A DNA stretch of 57,973 nucleotides, the filler included, from Sphacelaria rigidula (taxonomy: Eukaryota), in assembly GCA_964200075.2 (NCBI GenBank). It is 6 parts of 6 records of this genome, joined end to end, with 100 filler letters (N's around TTAATTAATTAA, not from the genome) between each part and the next. Parts side by side here need not be neighbours in the genome. Positions count along the whole stretch, not along the records: positions 19,360 to 28,938 come from CAXNAA020008167.1; positions 29,039 to 38,617 come from CAXNAA020008168.1; 4 more parts are not named here. One strand, written 5' to 3'. The notes under the pieces were generated by a model. It searched no databases. It was not told where the DNA came from and saw only the letters and a list, made by a program, of their open reading frames with translations. Position numbers and translations under genes: made by a program. This document shows positions 23,117-35,200 of the stretch, piece after piece (the stretch's first letter is position 1; every line of letters begins with the position of its first letter).

Positions 23117-25426
23117 CATGGGCTTGCGCCACTCGGGCGCAAATTGGTGTATGTGGCTCCCCTCGACTGCGCCCTGCTTAGGAACGCGCATTGTAATAAC
23201 CCCATTTTCCATGCTCAATATATCCGGGCGCTGCAGGAAACGTATCGACACCACGTACACACGAAAGAGAAACACTCACGGTCATGGCGAAACCTGATTA
23301 AAATCATCATTATTTCCGCACATCGGTCCAATCTCTCGAATCCGTGGTCACAGACGTAGGCTCGTCTTTCCAATACCGTCTTTGCTATTCCTTACAAGCC
23401 ATTAAGTCCTCCATCCTTTTTTCAAAGACTCCAGCCTAATTACATGAACAAACGCAATCAATAGGGCTATTTTATTGCTGGCCAAGCAAATAGATACTGC
23501 CGTAGTGCTGTAGTTTGCCGTATTTCAGCGTTGCTACAGAAACATATCGAGAGCAGCAAACACGTATCTAGTAGATCCTATAGGGAAACGAGGGGAAAAA
23601 CTCTGGATGGACTTGACGAATAAATGGCCGGTCTCCGCACACAGATTGATGTCGCGATGGAACTGTCAGGAACGAGCGCCAAGAAGCCAAAACTAAAAAG
23701 TACAAGCAAGCGAAGAAACCCTGTTCACACGACCCTCCGCTCCCCGCATATGATCTTTGAACTATGCGAGTTGCGAAAAGGTAAGTGCAGGAGCTTGAAG
23801 GGTCACAAGGAAATACAACTAATGTTCTTGATCACACGCTTGACTATACCTTCTATTGAATAGCGATTTCTCGGACCCGTCGATCCTGCTGGATCGAGCA
23901 GTTGAGAACCCTTCATGTTCAGCGTCTCAGCAGTAGTTAGGCTTACTCCAGTCAGGCTGTGAGGTGGTGTGGGTGTGAGTGTGCGTGTGGTGATAAACGT
24001 TCATACCGGCAGTTGGTCCTGCGTCGCCACGACTTAGCAGTAAATGACCGCCCGGTCAGGTACAGGACGCACATCGTCATGACATATGCCAACAGCCTGC
24101 GTACTTGGTGACTTGAATTCCAATCAGTATACAGCACACCTTCCGTCTTCGCCTTGGACGAAGGTAGTAGCTCACGGGAGGCCAGTTCGTCCGCCCCTTA
24201 GCCAACTGAGACGCCAGAAACTTTTGGTATCTCTGATCATGCAAGTTTCCGTTTTGATTGTGCGGGACAACACGATCAAACAAACGCGGAAAGATCGGAC
24301 AAAAACAGCATCGGAAAGTTGGTGGGGGGAAGAAGTGAGTATGAAGGTCGTTACATTCGAACAATCTTAGAGCAGTATACCCAAGGTTGAGAACGCATAC
24401 ATCAGACAGCAGGGAAATGACGTTCACATATCTTGGACGTACTGAACACTAGGTAGGGCTGTTCTCGGCTGAAAGCAGCGGTAAATCGACCACTGCGGTA
24501 AATCATATGCAACATCACTACCTTCGAGCAAACCAGCCCATTTCGATAATAACGACAAGGGCAATGTCTGCGGGGGAGACTCGGTTGAGTCTTGATTTTA
24601 TTGGTAATCCCCATGGGCGTCTCTTGCTACGGTCAGTTCACCGAACAAAAAATGTATCGCGTCTCATGTCGACGTTGACTCATCACGCCAAATTACCACG
24701 GGTATATGCATCTCACTCCTGACTTGAAGTTGTGGAAATTCAATTCGACCGAATCATTCCCACAGATCGAGGCCTTCTCGTCATAAATCAGCCTGTCATA
24801 TCCCCGCAAAGGTACTGGACGTGTGGGTGATTCCCCGGCTGTGATTCTTGCGGGGTGAGGAACGAAAACAGACGACACTCCTGCTGAGCAGTCACGATGT
24901 CAAATGAACCTCGATCACCTATCGCACACGTTACTCGTCGTACTGCATGGCCTGTCTTGTACCTTCTCAATACCCGTCGTTGAAAACATGAGCAACAACG
25001 AGAAAATATACGCTAGCTATATGATCTTAACATTACCGTGCCTGAGGATACGTGCGACAAAGTCGCGACGAGAGAAAGTCCAAAAAGGATGTGTCAAGTC
25101 GCAAGTCTGCATACCGAAGGATTCCCATCACACAGCACCTTCGCAGCAATCTCGTGGAGAAGATTTTTTTTTTTCTGAACCACCGCGGATTTCTTTGCCT
25201 TGCCTCCCGAAATGTTACTGCTGCCCCGCCGCCCCACCGTTCCTCTTCCTTCTCTGCTTGTTGCGCCAGCACTACTGCCACCGCCAACGGTTTGGCCGTC
25301 GGGACGGTGCTTCTTTGCTTCCCCCCGTTCCTTGCCGCTGGGGTTGTTGCCCCCTGCCTGTGATGGCTCATCAGCGGAGGCGGGATTGACTGGAGGACGG
25401 AACCTGATTTTCAATGGCTTCGACAT
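23117..25426 (-). CDS. Candidate upstream exons: either a DXO N-terminal extension or a separate gene (25426-25115, ~24850-24716, ~24232-24176, 23230-23117)
   Basis: An ATG-initiated low-complexity exon MSKPLKIRF..DGNPS|GTATGC and several open segments with GT/AG borders. I could not chain them unambiguously. Confidence 0.45.
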
Positions 25427-26627
25427 GTTGGTATACTGGTGGCCGGTGGCTGGGTGGATATGGAGGTGCTGTCGATGGGGTGCTGCTTTTTCGCTCTCTC
25501 TTTTGGTCTCCGGTGTGTGTTTGTACCGCAGGTACCGGAGCTCCGCGTGTCTTCACAGCAGCCCTGCCTGTCGTAAGCGACACAACCTATTTAACAAAAA
25601 TCTACAAACGGAACACAGGAGATAAAAATAAATAAGCTGTGCACAGTGACCAGGTTGCACTCAGTGCTCGCCCTGAACCGCTACATGCACCTCAAGTCGT
25701 CCGGTTGGCCCGCAGCTAGACAGTCAGGTAATACGACTTTTTCATCATCACACGTGTAATCTTTTCAGATCCGCAGTAGAGAGCTGGAGCATTGCACGGT
25801 TCAAGGCCCGTTACGATTAGTGTGAAAGTAGATGGCGTCGAGTATGTCACTCATTTAATATGAATAAATATTAATTATGTACATATTGGAGGTGGTAGCT
25901 ATGGAATTGACCCCTGCCACGCTCCAATCGAACACCAGTACATTAGAAAATAACCAGTGTTATTCGCTGAAGTAAATAATGTCGATTCAGCGCGTATCGA
26001 AATATTTGAAATCAAGCGGTATCGCGGGCAACAACGAAGAGCACGGCGCGGGGGGTCCACGCCGAGAGCAACATTCGCCAGGTAAGGCGGCATGGCTATT
26101 CTCTCCTGTTCCTTCTGCCGAGTTTCCGATTCTCTAGAATATGTTGTGCGGTTCTTCTTCGGGGTATCGTAGCTCACATATACGGCCAGAGCTGTGCTGA
26201 ATTGGGGGCGAATTTGTGCGTGTCTGCCCCACCTTCCCCATGCTCACGCGCTTTCAGTCGTCGCCTCTACTGCCGTGTACGGTACTTCACAGGGTGGTGT
26301 CGACCACCTTATCGTTGTCTATCGCGCCATTTCTTCGTGCTGGCCGCTATATACCTGTGGCAGTTCATTGGTGCATTCGCAAATCACATGTGCTTCGCCC
26401 AAAGCATTTCTCAAGTCGCATCTCTGTATGTACCCCTCGACAGCAAGTACTGTACGAGGTACCAGCTAGAGTCTACACACACGTGCGGAGGGGCGACGCT
26501 ACAACTACAACAGTACTACGAGTAATGTATAACAACAGTACAGTAGTGAAGGATAATGCAGTGGATTGTGAGTTACGCCGGTCGATAGTCCTCATTGCAT
26601 CTGTTGTCCAGGGGGTATTGCATTCTG

Positions 26628-27574
26628 TTAGAATTGCTTGAGGGCAGCATCAAGGCCCTCTGCGACTGCTTTGCAGCCCTGACGTGAATCGCGATACACA
26701 AGTAATGTGTACTCGTATGATTCCTCCTTGATGGTCAAATCAAATTTGAAGCTCCAGGTAGTTGCAGGCTCTGCATTTTGTGTGTTAAAGAAAATTAAAC
26801 GCAATGGTACCTTACTTCGTGAGCTGTCGTGAGCAATGATGTGCACCGCATTGGAAGCTGTTCTCGTTTGGTACGTAGCTTCAAGCTTTTGTCAGGATCA
26901 GGTGGTATACTGTGGAGCACATGACACCGGAGAGAGGGGGGGGCGAGGAGGCCCTGAACACATGCCCAGTCACCGTGAGCTGAGTACGACCAATGAGAGT
27001 TTGTTGCATGGTTGTTGGTACCTGCTACGTACTGCTCTTCATGCCAAAAGCAAGACCCTGGACCCGCGAAGCTATACGAAAATTCCTACACGGAGAAAAA
27101 AACCCGAACGATGAGAAAAATGTGTCCAGAGGGTGGCATCCATTCCTTTCGCTGATCCCGGCTGTAGACTAGTATCACCATTTATAAAATTCGAGATATT
27201 ATGTAATAGCGTGCTCACACACTACTGTCATATTTCTACCTCAAAGTACACCATTGATTCAGTCGCGTGCCTTGTTTCCTTGTTTTCAAAATCAGATCGT
27301 TTCACAAATCTAGAGGCCGCCTCGGAAAATAGGCGCCGGAGCCGACAAAAGGTGGGAGGCTAGCACAGTTGCCCATACTATTGAAGCTCGTGGAGGCAGT
27401 AGGTGTGCGCGGCAGCACCGAGAAAAAGATAAAGGCGGGATTCATACATACCTTGGAAATATCCGCGTGAGAACTGAACAGGAGCTGCATGGCGCCGGAT
27501 GGGGGGACAGAGGGCGGGACCAAAGTCCAGTACCACGAGGAACTGGAGGTGCGATCAATCGTTGCGTAATTTAG
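26628..27574 (-). CDS. 3' end of an unknown gene (exons 27574-27452, 27057-27033, 26770-26628)
   Basis: Phase-compatible CAG/GT exons give LNYATIDRTSSSSWYWTLVPP..ISK|GLAFGMKS|KPATTWSFKFDLTIKEESYEYTLLVYRD..KQF*. No family recognised. Confidence 0.4.
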
Positions 27575-29038
27575 CTGGGTACCGTTGTAGTGCATTGAGA
27601 TGCCGCAGGTGACGGGTAAAAAGTAGAAACCTCGTTTCTCTAGGTAGCTAGCTAACTGCGTCGTCCACACCTCCAAGAGCCGCCTTAAGATGATACGAAT
27701 GACGATGTGAGAAGGGTTACGTCCATTTTTAGGTATCTGCGTCCTTTTAGCGGCTGAAAGCCGCGCGCTGAAGGCCGCGCGCCGAAGAAGGTCCGTTTTC
27801 TTGCAGCGGGTGAGATACATATTTTCCGTATAATCACACATTTTTCACCGCGCTGAAATTGACCTGTACTAATTGTACGGCAAAAGCGCCGTGTACTACC
27901 GACACTGGTTGGGGGTCATCACATTAAAAATACTTCGGCACAACCATTTTTTCTTCGGTGGCCACACACGCGAAGGCCCGTTCCCATGGTGGAGCCGCCG
28001 TGCCAGTCTAGCTTTCGCACGATCTAGACACCGCCGATAAGTGTTGCTGCTGCACAAATCAAGCTGCATGTGTTGCGGCTGGCAGGCTTGCGACCCGACA
28101 CTGCAAGTTACAAAGCGTGTCAATGTAGTGGGCAAAGCCAAACAGTGTCGTGTAGCGCCCGTGTTTCGTACCTCACAACATTTTAACCCTGTCTGATCCG
28201 TCGTTCCGTGGTGTGGGTTGTGCTTTCCCCAGGGATGGGTGCTGGACGAGAGAAAGGTGGTGACCTTCCGGTGGCTGGCCCTTGTACTGTCGGTTACGGC
28301 AAACGCCGCCAAAAAGTGAGGCGTTGTGAAGTTGACGAGTGTCACTAAAGCACTCAGAGCAAGTACACCCACCTCCCTTGAATGTGTACGACAAGTGACT
28401 TGAACTTCCTTGATGCCACATGCCAACGATCGCCCTGAGATTGGGCGCTGTGCGGAGGGGGTCGAGGAGCAACGTGCGTTTGTATGAGACGTCGTAAAGG
28501 AGTACCCCTCCCTACTTGGTGTGTTGTGGTGGTGAGTTCGTTGACCTGTGCTGGCAATCTTGAGACATTGGTGGAAACACGGTGCACTTTATACATGTGT
28601 CTTTGAATGCTGCTACAGCCGCGATTCAGGCAATGACTGTGCTGTCCATCGGAGTAATGCTGTCACGCCTTGCCTGGGTAACTGTGTGGCTTTTGTGCTT
28701 TTGCGACGGTCTCTAAGATGTTGTCGTGAGCATAGGAATTGCCAACCACACAAGGATCAGACACGATTCAGTCGGCCAGTCGCGGGTCATGCAATCAGAC
28801 GCAAGCGGTACTGCTGCAGTTGTACTGTCCGTACTGTTAGAGGCCACGATGGGGGGGGGGGGGGGGGGGGCCGCTATTTTTATTGGGTAACATGAATAAT
28901 TTGTTCCTACGCATACTATCCAGTTGTGGAGGGGCAGANNNNNNNNNNNNNNNNNNNNNNNNNNNNNNNNNNNNNNNNNNNNTTAATTAATTAANNNNNN
29001 NNNNNNNNNNNNNNNNNNNNNNNNNNNNNNNNNNNNNN

Positions 29039-29390
29039 AGCCTAGCCCACCTTTCAGATTCCCTTGGCTCAAAGGTTTCGAGGATGGCCGCTGAACAATA
29101 ATCCGTGTGCAATAAAATCTACGGCGATTTCTACAGAATATTGGGCAAACTGCTGTATGTTGGCAAGCACAGATTATTGCACACGAACCATTGTTCGGCG
29201 GCCAATCTCGAAACCTCGGAGACAAATGAATCTGGAAAGTAGGCTAGGCTCCTCTGTGTGGGGTGATGCAAAATGTCCGAGACGTGTGTTGGCGATTTTC
29301 CCTGTTAGGGGGTAAGAAAGTGGGTCAAACGTCCCACAAGTGAACAATCCGTGGGCTAAAAATCTGTTTGCCATAACATCCGGCATCGGA
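29039..29390. mobile_element. Foldback/MITE family with long TIRs (partial copy); second partial copy at ~32225-32625
   Basis: Both copies have the same central ~120 nt flanked by inverted arms. 29206-29385 is the reverse complement of ~32275-32455. Confidence 0.8.
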
Positions 29391-30182
29391 GCTCGAATCA
29401 GGCGACCATTTGAGCCGGAACAAAAGGTCGTGTACCCTGGGGGATCGACCAGGGGGGACTGGGCCCTCCCTCTTCAAGATCTGCAGGCGGTGAGTTCAAC
29501 GTTCAAAACAGGACATGCCTGCCGAAAAACGTTCGATTATGTGTTTGAAAATAATCGAGCTTTTGTGCAGAAGCGGATGAGAATTTCGCCAGATCTGGAT
29601 TGCGGTTGGAATATCTTGAAGCAATTTCGTAACAGATGTGCTGTGACTGTGCGTGAGTCACTTGAGCGTCTCAGTGTGTCGGAGGCAGCCGAGATACAAG
29701 GGCAAGTGCAAGCACGACTAAGCGAAAGTAGTGAGGTGTGGAGTAAGCTCGAGATGTGTGAGTTACGGGTTACGGTCGTCGCCGCTATCAGCGAATAACA
29801 ACATCTCGAATCGGTGCCGTATCTCGTGCGTCCCGAGTGGAGCAATGCTACGGTAGGGGTGCACTTTTTGCGCAAAATCGTGTCTGGTTTAGGGTTCCTA
29901 ACGATTCTAGATCTTGTCTGGTTCAGCCGGTTCCTAGCGATTCTAGATGCACAAGAATAGGGGGCAGGGTATCCTCGTTTGCAAATTGACTTGGGATGTC
30001 CCTAGCTTAGTGGATCAGTAATCCTGGCGTACTCTCACATATTTCATAAATCGTGTTTTGGATGATATAGAGGGCTCCTGACAATTTTGAAGAAACCCTA
30101 TATAATGCACAACAATCAAATTCATCGCCATACGGTAGAGCGTACGCTATCCATCAGCTAGTGGATTTGCATGCATGTGTAC

Positions 30183-32135
30183 CTGTACCGCTTCCTCCAC
30201 AGTAGAGATGAGTGCTCGTCGGCCGAACGAAGGTGACGCTGGCCCGCGTTGCCGCTCTCCTTTGTCCAACTCACCCGACATGCAACTGACGTAAAACACG
30301 TTAGCGCACACACATAACACACCGAAAAAAAAAAAAAAAACAGGAAAAAAAAACAAGAAAAAAAAAAAACAATTCAATAACCGACACTAATCAACCATTC
30401 ATAACATATCCCCTAATNNNNNNNNNNTTGCACTTTTCCTTTTTCCAAAACACCCAACATGAAAAAAACGAAAAAAAATTTAAGACACACAAAAAAAAAA
30501 AAAAAAAAAAAAAAAAAAACGGGAAAAACAAACAGGAAAAAATCAAGACATTCCAATACTTGATATTATTCATCTAGTACAGAGGTATAACAAAGTTTCA
30601 GGAAATACTTGGATGAATACGGCGTTCGCGCAAGGCCGCGAACCCAACCTGAATAACCTTCCCGATCATCCCGACTGTCCAGCAGTAGTGTTGACACTAC
30701 TACCATTGTAGACCGAGTGTGGTGACTGACAACACAGAGATGAAAGGGAAATTGAAAAGTTATTGAAGGAGAAACCATCACACACTCTCGAGGTACGCAA
30801 ACGGCATTTCGTGTTCGAGCGGCCGTACCACTAACTATCTGCTGGCAGCAGACAGGTCTCGAACAGGCCACCGCAGGGGCGACTTGTTTGTTTGACTGTT
30901 TGATTATCGCACTTCAACTGAACCCCCAGGGATCCAGCCGTGGTCATGTGATGAGCGTATGCAGCTATCGTTTGTCTTGACCGGAAATGCGATCACAACC
31001 GAAGATACAAGGGCAGGTCGAGTAGGGTATACGCAATTGCGAGGTACTTTCAAAGTCGCACCTCAAGCACACAAACTGAAGTAGGGTGTTAGGGGTCGCT
31101 TTCCAGTATTTTTTGGGTACGACCCTCAACACCCTACCCCAATTTGAGTAAATAAATATGAGGTAGGGTATTTGGGGTCGCCTTCCAGTATTTTTGGGGT
31201 ACGACCTTCAACACCCTACCCCAATTTGAGTACTGAAAGTACGACATTCAAAATACCCCGCAACACCCAACACCCCGCCCGTAACTTCTGCTCTTGTAAA
31301 AAAACAAAAACAATTATGATCTTTGAATTACTGAAAAGACACATTGGACACACAGAAACGATCGCCACGAAAAAATAGCTGAAATAGGAGAGAGAGAGAG
31401 AGAGAGAGAACAACAAACAAGAAAAGATGACACGACAGACGAGGGGAAAATGTACACACACAGGTGACATAGTAGGTGTACACTAGGGGCACCTACCCAG
31501 CGTCACTGTACCTACCTGATCATGCCCTGAAAGACCGCCATAAGTGGGGTACGAATGACTCCTATAGAGCCGTAGTAGTGGAAGGCCGATCGCAACAGGT
31601 ACGTTAGGAAGTTTCGCCCCGCTGTTCGGAGCCTGTACCGCTGAGCGTTACAGTGTATCAGCGTGCATCGCAGCCAGTCCTGTTTGGCCGTTTCATTTAG
31701 GGGCGGGGGGGGGGAACGGCGGCGAGGGGGGGCGGGTGGAAAACGTACTTGAGCCACGCGATGGTGTGCGTGGGCAGGGACGCGTATACTGTGCTCAGGC
31801 AAGCAGAAGAACAAACATGCTTGGGAGGATGGTTAACAAAAAAACACAAACCTTACAAGGTTGTGGGTTATAGGTCATCACCGAAAGTGGGGAGATTTGG
31901 GGGTGGCATACTATAAATAGACCATACCGGGATGGGCATCGAATATTCCAGTGTGGTTCAGCGGGGGTATCGAGCCCTGATCCGAACAATCCGGTACTGT
32001 TCCGAAGAGCATCATTCACCGACGAGATATCTCTTTCGCCACAAGGTATATATCCGATTTTGAGCCACTATACCCTACAAAATACAACCTTGGAACTTTG
32101 TGCTGTGCTGGCGTACATGCATGATCTCAAAGTAG

Positions 32136-32209
<74 letters not shown>

Positions 32210-35200
32210 CCTCTGTAGCCGCAATAGGGTTACGCGGGATGAAAAAAATCCCGTGTCAAAATTTCAGCGTCCAAGGCCGGATGTTATGGCACATAGATAT
32301 TTGGCCCACGGATTGTTCATTTTTGGGACGTTTGAGCCCCTTTTTGACTCCCAAACAGGGAAAATCGCCAACACACGTCTTGGACACTTTGCATCAGCCC
32401 ATAGAGAGGAGCCTAGTCTGCTTTTCAGATTCGCTTGGTTCCAAGGTTTCGAGAGCGGGCGCTGAACAATAATCCATGTGCAATAAAATCTGCGGCGATC
32501 TCCAGAGATTATTGGGCAAACTGGCGGGGGTCGCCAAGCACAGATTTTTGCACACGAATTTTTTTGCAGCGGCCAATCTCGAAACTTCGGAGCCAAGCGA
32601 ATGCGAAAAGCAGACTGGGCTCCTTTTTTTTTGCTCTTCCCCCCCTTGCCCCCCCCCCCTTCAAGAGAAAATCCCAAAAGAGAGTCGTGGGGGTGGGTGT
32701 TCTACCGTGTTCGTGCAACAAAATATGCTCAAGATGGAGTCCTGGACCTTCTTATTGTATTACATGGGCGCATATTTTTGTTCCGGAAGTGGTGGGTATT
32801 ACATAAACACAGCGTAACAGATCCACAAGAGAGTATAGAGGTCAACATTCCACCGTACTGGTACACAGTGCAGTTGGATAGACAGATGAGGGGGGAGAGC
32901 GTACATCACACTGTGTCCTAGCAGCGCACGTACGTCGAGCCCCCCCGTTATTGGCCTATAGATGTCCAGGCTAGGTGACGGTGGTTTGTGATGCTGACAA
33001 AGAAGACTGAACTGCTGTGCATGGGTGCAGTGCGTCGTATCGGTAGTGTCCAGACTACGAGGTTTTCATTTAATGTGGGTGAACATCCAACTTGACCGCT
33101 CGTCACGGATCATCTCTCGGCCTGCTTCTGCGGGACAATGGAGAAGAGTGACAGTTTCCTCCTCTTCAGTCCGAGCGTCTAGTGTACATTGTTGTTCCGA
33201 AAATGATCATTTTTATTTGAATTAAAGTATGGCAAAAGCGGACGCAAATGTACTAACTTGGGTGTCGAGCGAAGAGACGTTCACGCTAATAATACATTTG
33301 ATGATAACAATGAATTTAATATAATAAGAATCCAAGCGTATCGTGTCGCCTACTGCTTCATTCACCGTCTGTTCCCAGCGGGGCTCTCGTAAGGACTGAA
33401 TCATGCTCGAGGTGCTCGTCACCTTTTACGATTATATGCCGATATGAGGAGATACTCAAGATACCACCACATGAACTGACAACAGATGTTGGGCTTCGAT
33501 ATCGCCGCCCGTTATAATCCGCCCGTACAGCACTAGAATATGGTATACATCATTGGCCAAACAAAAAACTTACGGAGAGAGGACGGAACCAAGATTCATG
33601 ACTCCCCTCTTTTCCCCCAAAGAACAAACATTTTGTTCTCTTTAGGCACCCATAATCCGATTTCTCGGTTGATTTATTGACCATTCCTCATTTTTGAAGC
33701 CGTGAGAGATCGTTCGAAATTCTGTGTGCGTACCGTACTATTACAGTACACAATCTGCCCCTTGATCGATTTCATGTACTGTACGTACTTGTATCAAGCT
33801 TTTCCTCGCCCCCTTCCAACACTCGAATATGCATTTTTCAGTACGGGTGTGTACCCTAGAACCCGGCGTAAGACGCGCACCTCAGCCCGTAAAGTCGCCA
33901 GACAAGGACAGTCAAGGGCAACACTGCCAGAAGGCAGTGCTCCGACGACGCTAGGCAGGATAGTCAGCACACACCAGCAAGTAATGTACACTACATCATA
34001 GCAGAAAAATGGCATTGGGGGAGCGCATTCCGTCCATTTTCAGCACCACACCCTATTGCCCCTTAAAATACCTAGTAAATGACATGAAAATCCCTCAAAC
34101 CACCACCCAGGTGATAACGGCTCTGATCCCTAAGCTCATCTTAACCGGGAGGAGCGGGGGTGAGGGGTGTACTCAATGGTCTGACATGTCGTATTAATTT
34201 TGCCATTGACCTCGTATCCCTACAAAGCCGGGACGGAGCACGCCGGGTTTTGCCCGGCCAGGCTCGAAGTCAATCACCAAGCGGAAAGCGCCGTGGGGTG
34301 TTCGGCAGAGTCGCATGAAGGGTGAGCTGCATCCTGCTAAGATTCTTCGGCCCAAAGCGTACTGATGTTCTTAGGTGTGGATGACAGCCTCGAATGAGTT
34401 GTGCCATTTCTCGATGTCGCCACTTCCAGAGGGAACCACGGGTCACACACGGCCTCATGAGTGTCCCTCTATTTGAATACCACCAGAAGTATGGTCATTC
34501 ACTTGGCGCGGTGATCGTTTTCTCCACCCCGCACAGTATAATATAGGTCGACCGACCGACCACCATCATGACTACCTCAAAAAAAAAGCAACGGCAAAAA
34601 CCCCTGGCAACGTGGTTGCCAAGCTCACGCTGTGAGTGGTGTGTTTTACAGCGTCGTCGCCAGACCACGCCTACCCTAAGGGAAAAAGGGAAGGAGGGGG
34701 GAGGGGGGGGGGCTATTTACACATCGCTTTTCACTGCGTCTTTCACGGTACCTGCATGCGATCGCCGACTGAGCTAACGAACACTCTAGCTCCGTATCGC
34801 CGGAGGAAGTCGATAGCTCCCTCGAAGAGCCGCACCAAGCACACATCGCTCTGCCTGACGCTGAGGGCATGCAGCAAGGACGACAGCACTCTCCTCACCA
34901 GCTGTTTCGGCGCCGGCCTGATCTCCTCGCGGGCCAACACCTCCGTAGAGCACTCGTCCTGATCGGACGTACGACGAGCGTTCATAATCAGGAAGGGCGG
35001 TGGGTGATGAGGGGGAAAAATGTTAGCCAAAATCAGCGCGTGGTGTAATATGGTGGCATCATCATTCAACCCCCGTCCCCTATAGGAAAAGGGGTAGGTA
35101 CGAGAGAAGTGAAATGAGCCAGGGTCATGATCCAACTCACAATCTCGTAGGGAAGGGGTACGTAGAATCATACTCCAGTAGAGTATGATTTGTGCGACTG

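Noticed and set aside
29340..29798. 152-aa plus-strand ORF with possible splice sites
   Set aside because: It starts inside a repeat, is antisense to the presumed DOCK intron and has no recognisable motif.
30325..30545. Long A-rich tracts around a 10-N gap
   Set aside because: Low-quality, low-complexity sequence at a scaffold gap.
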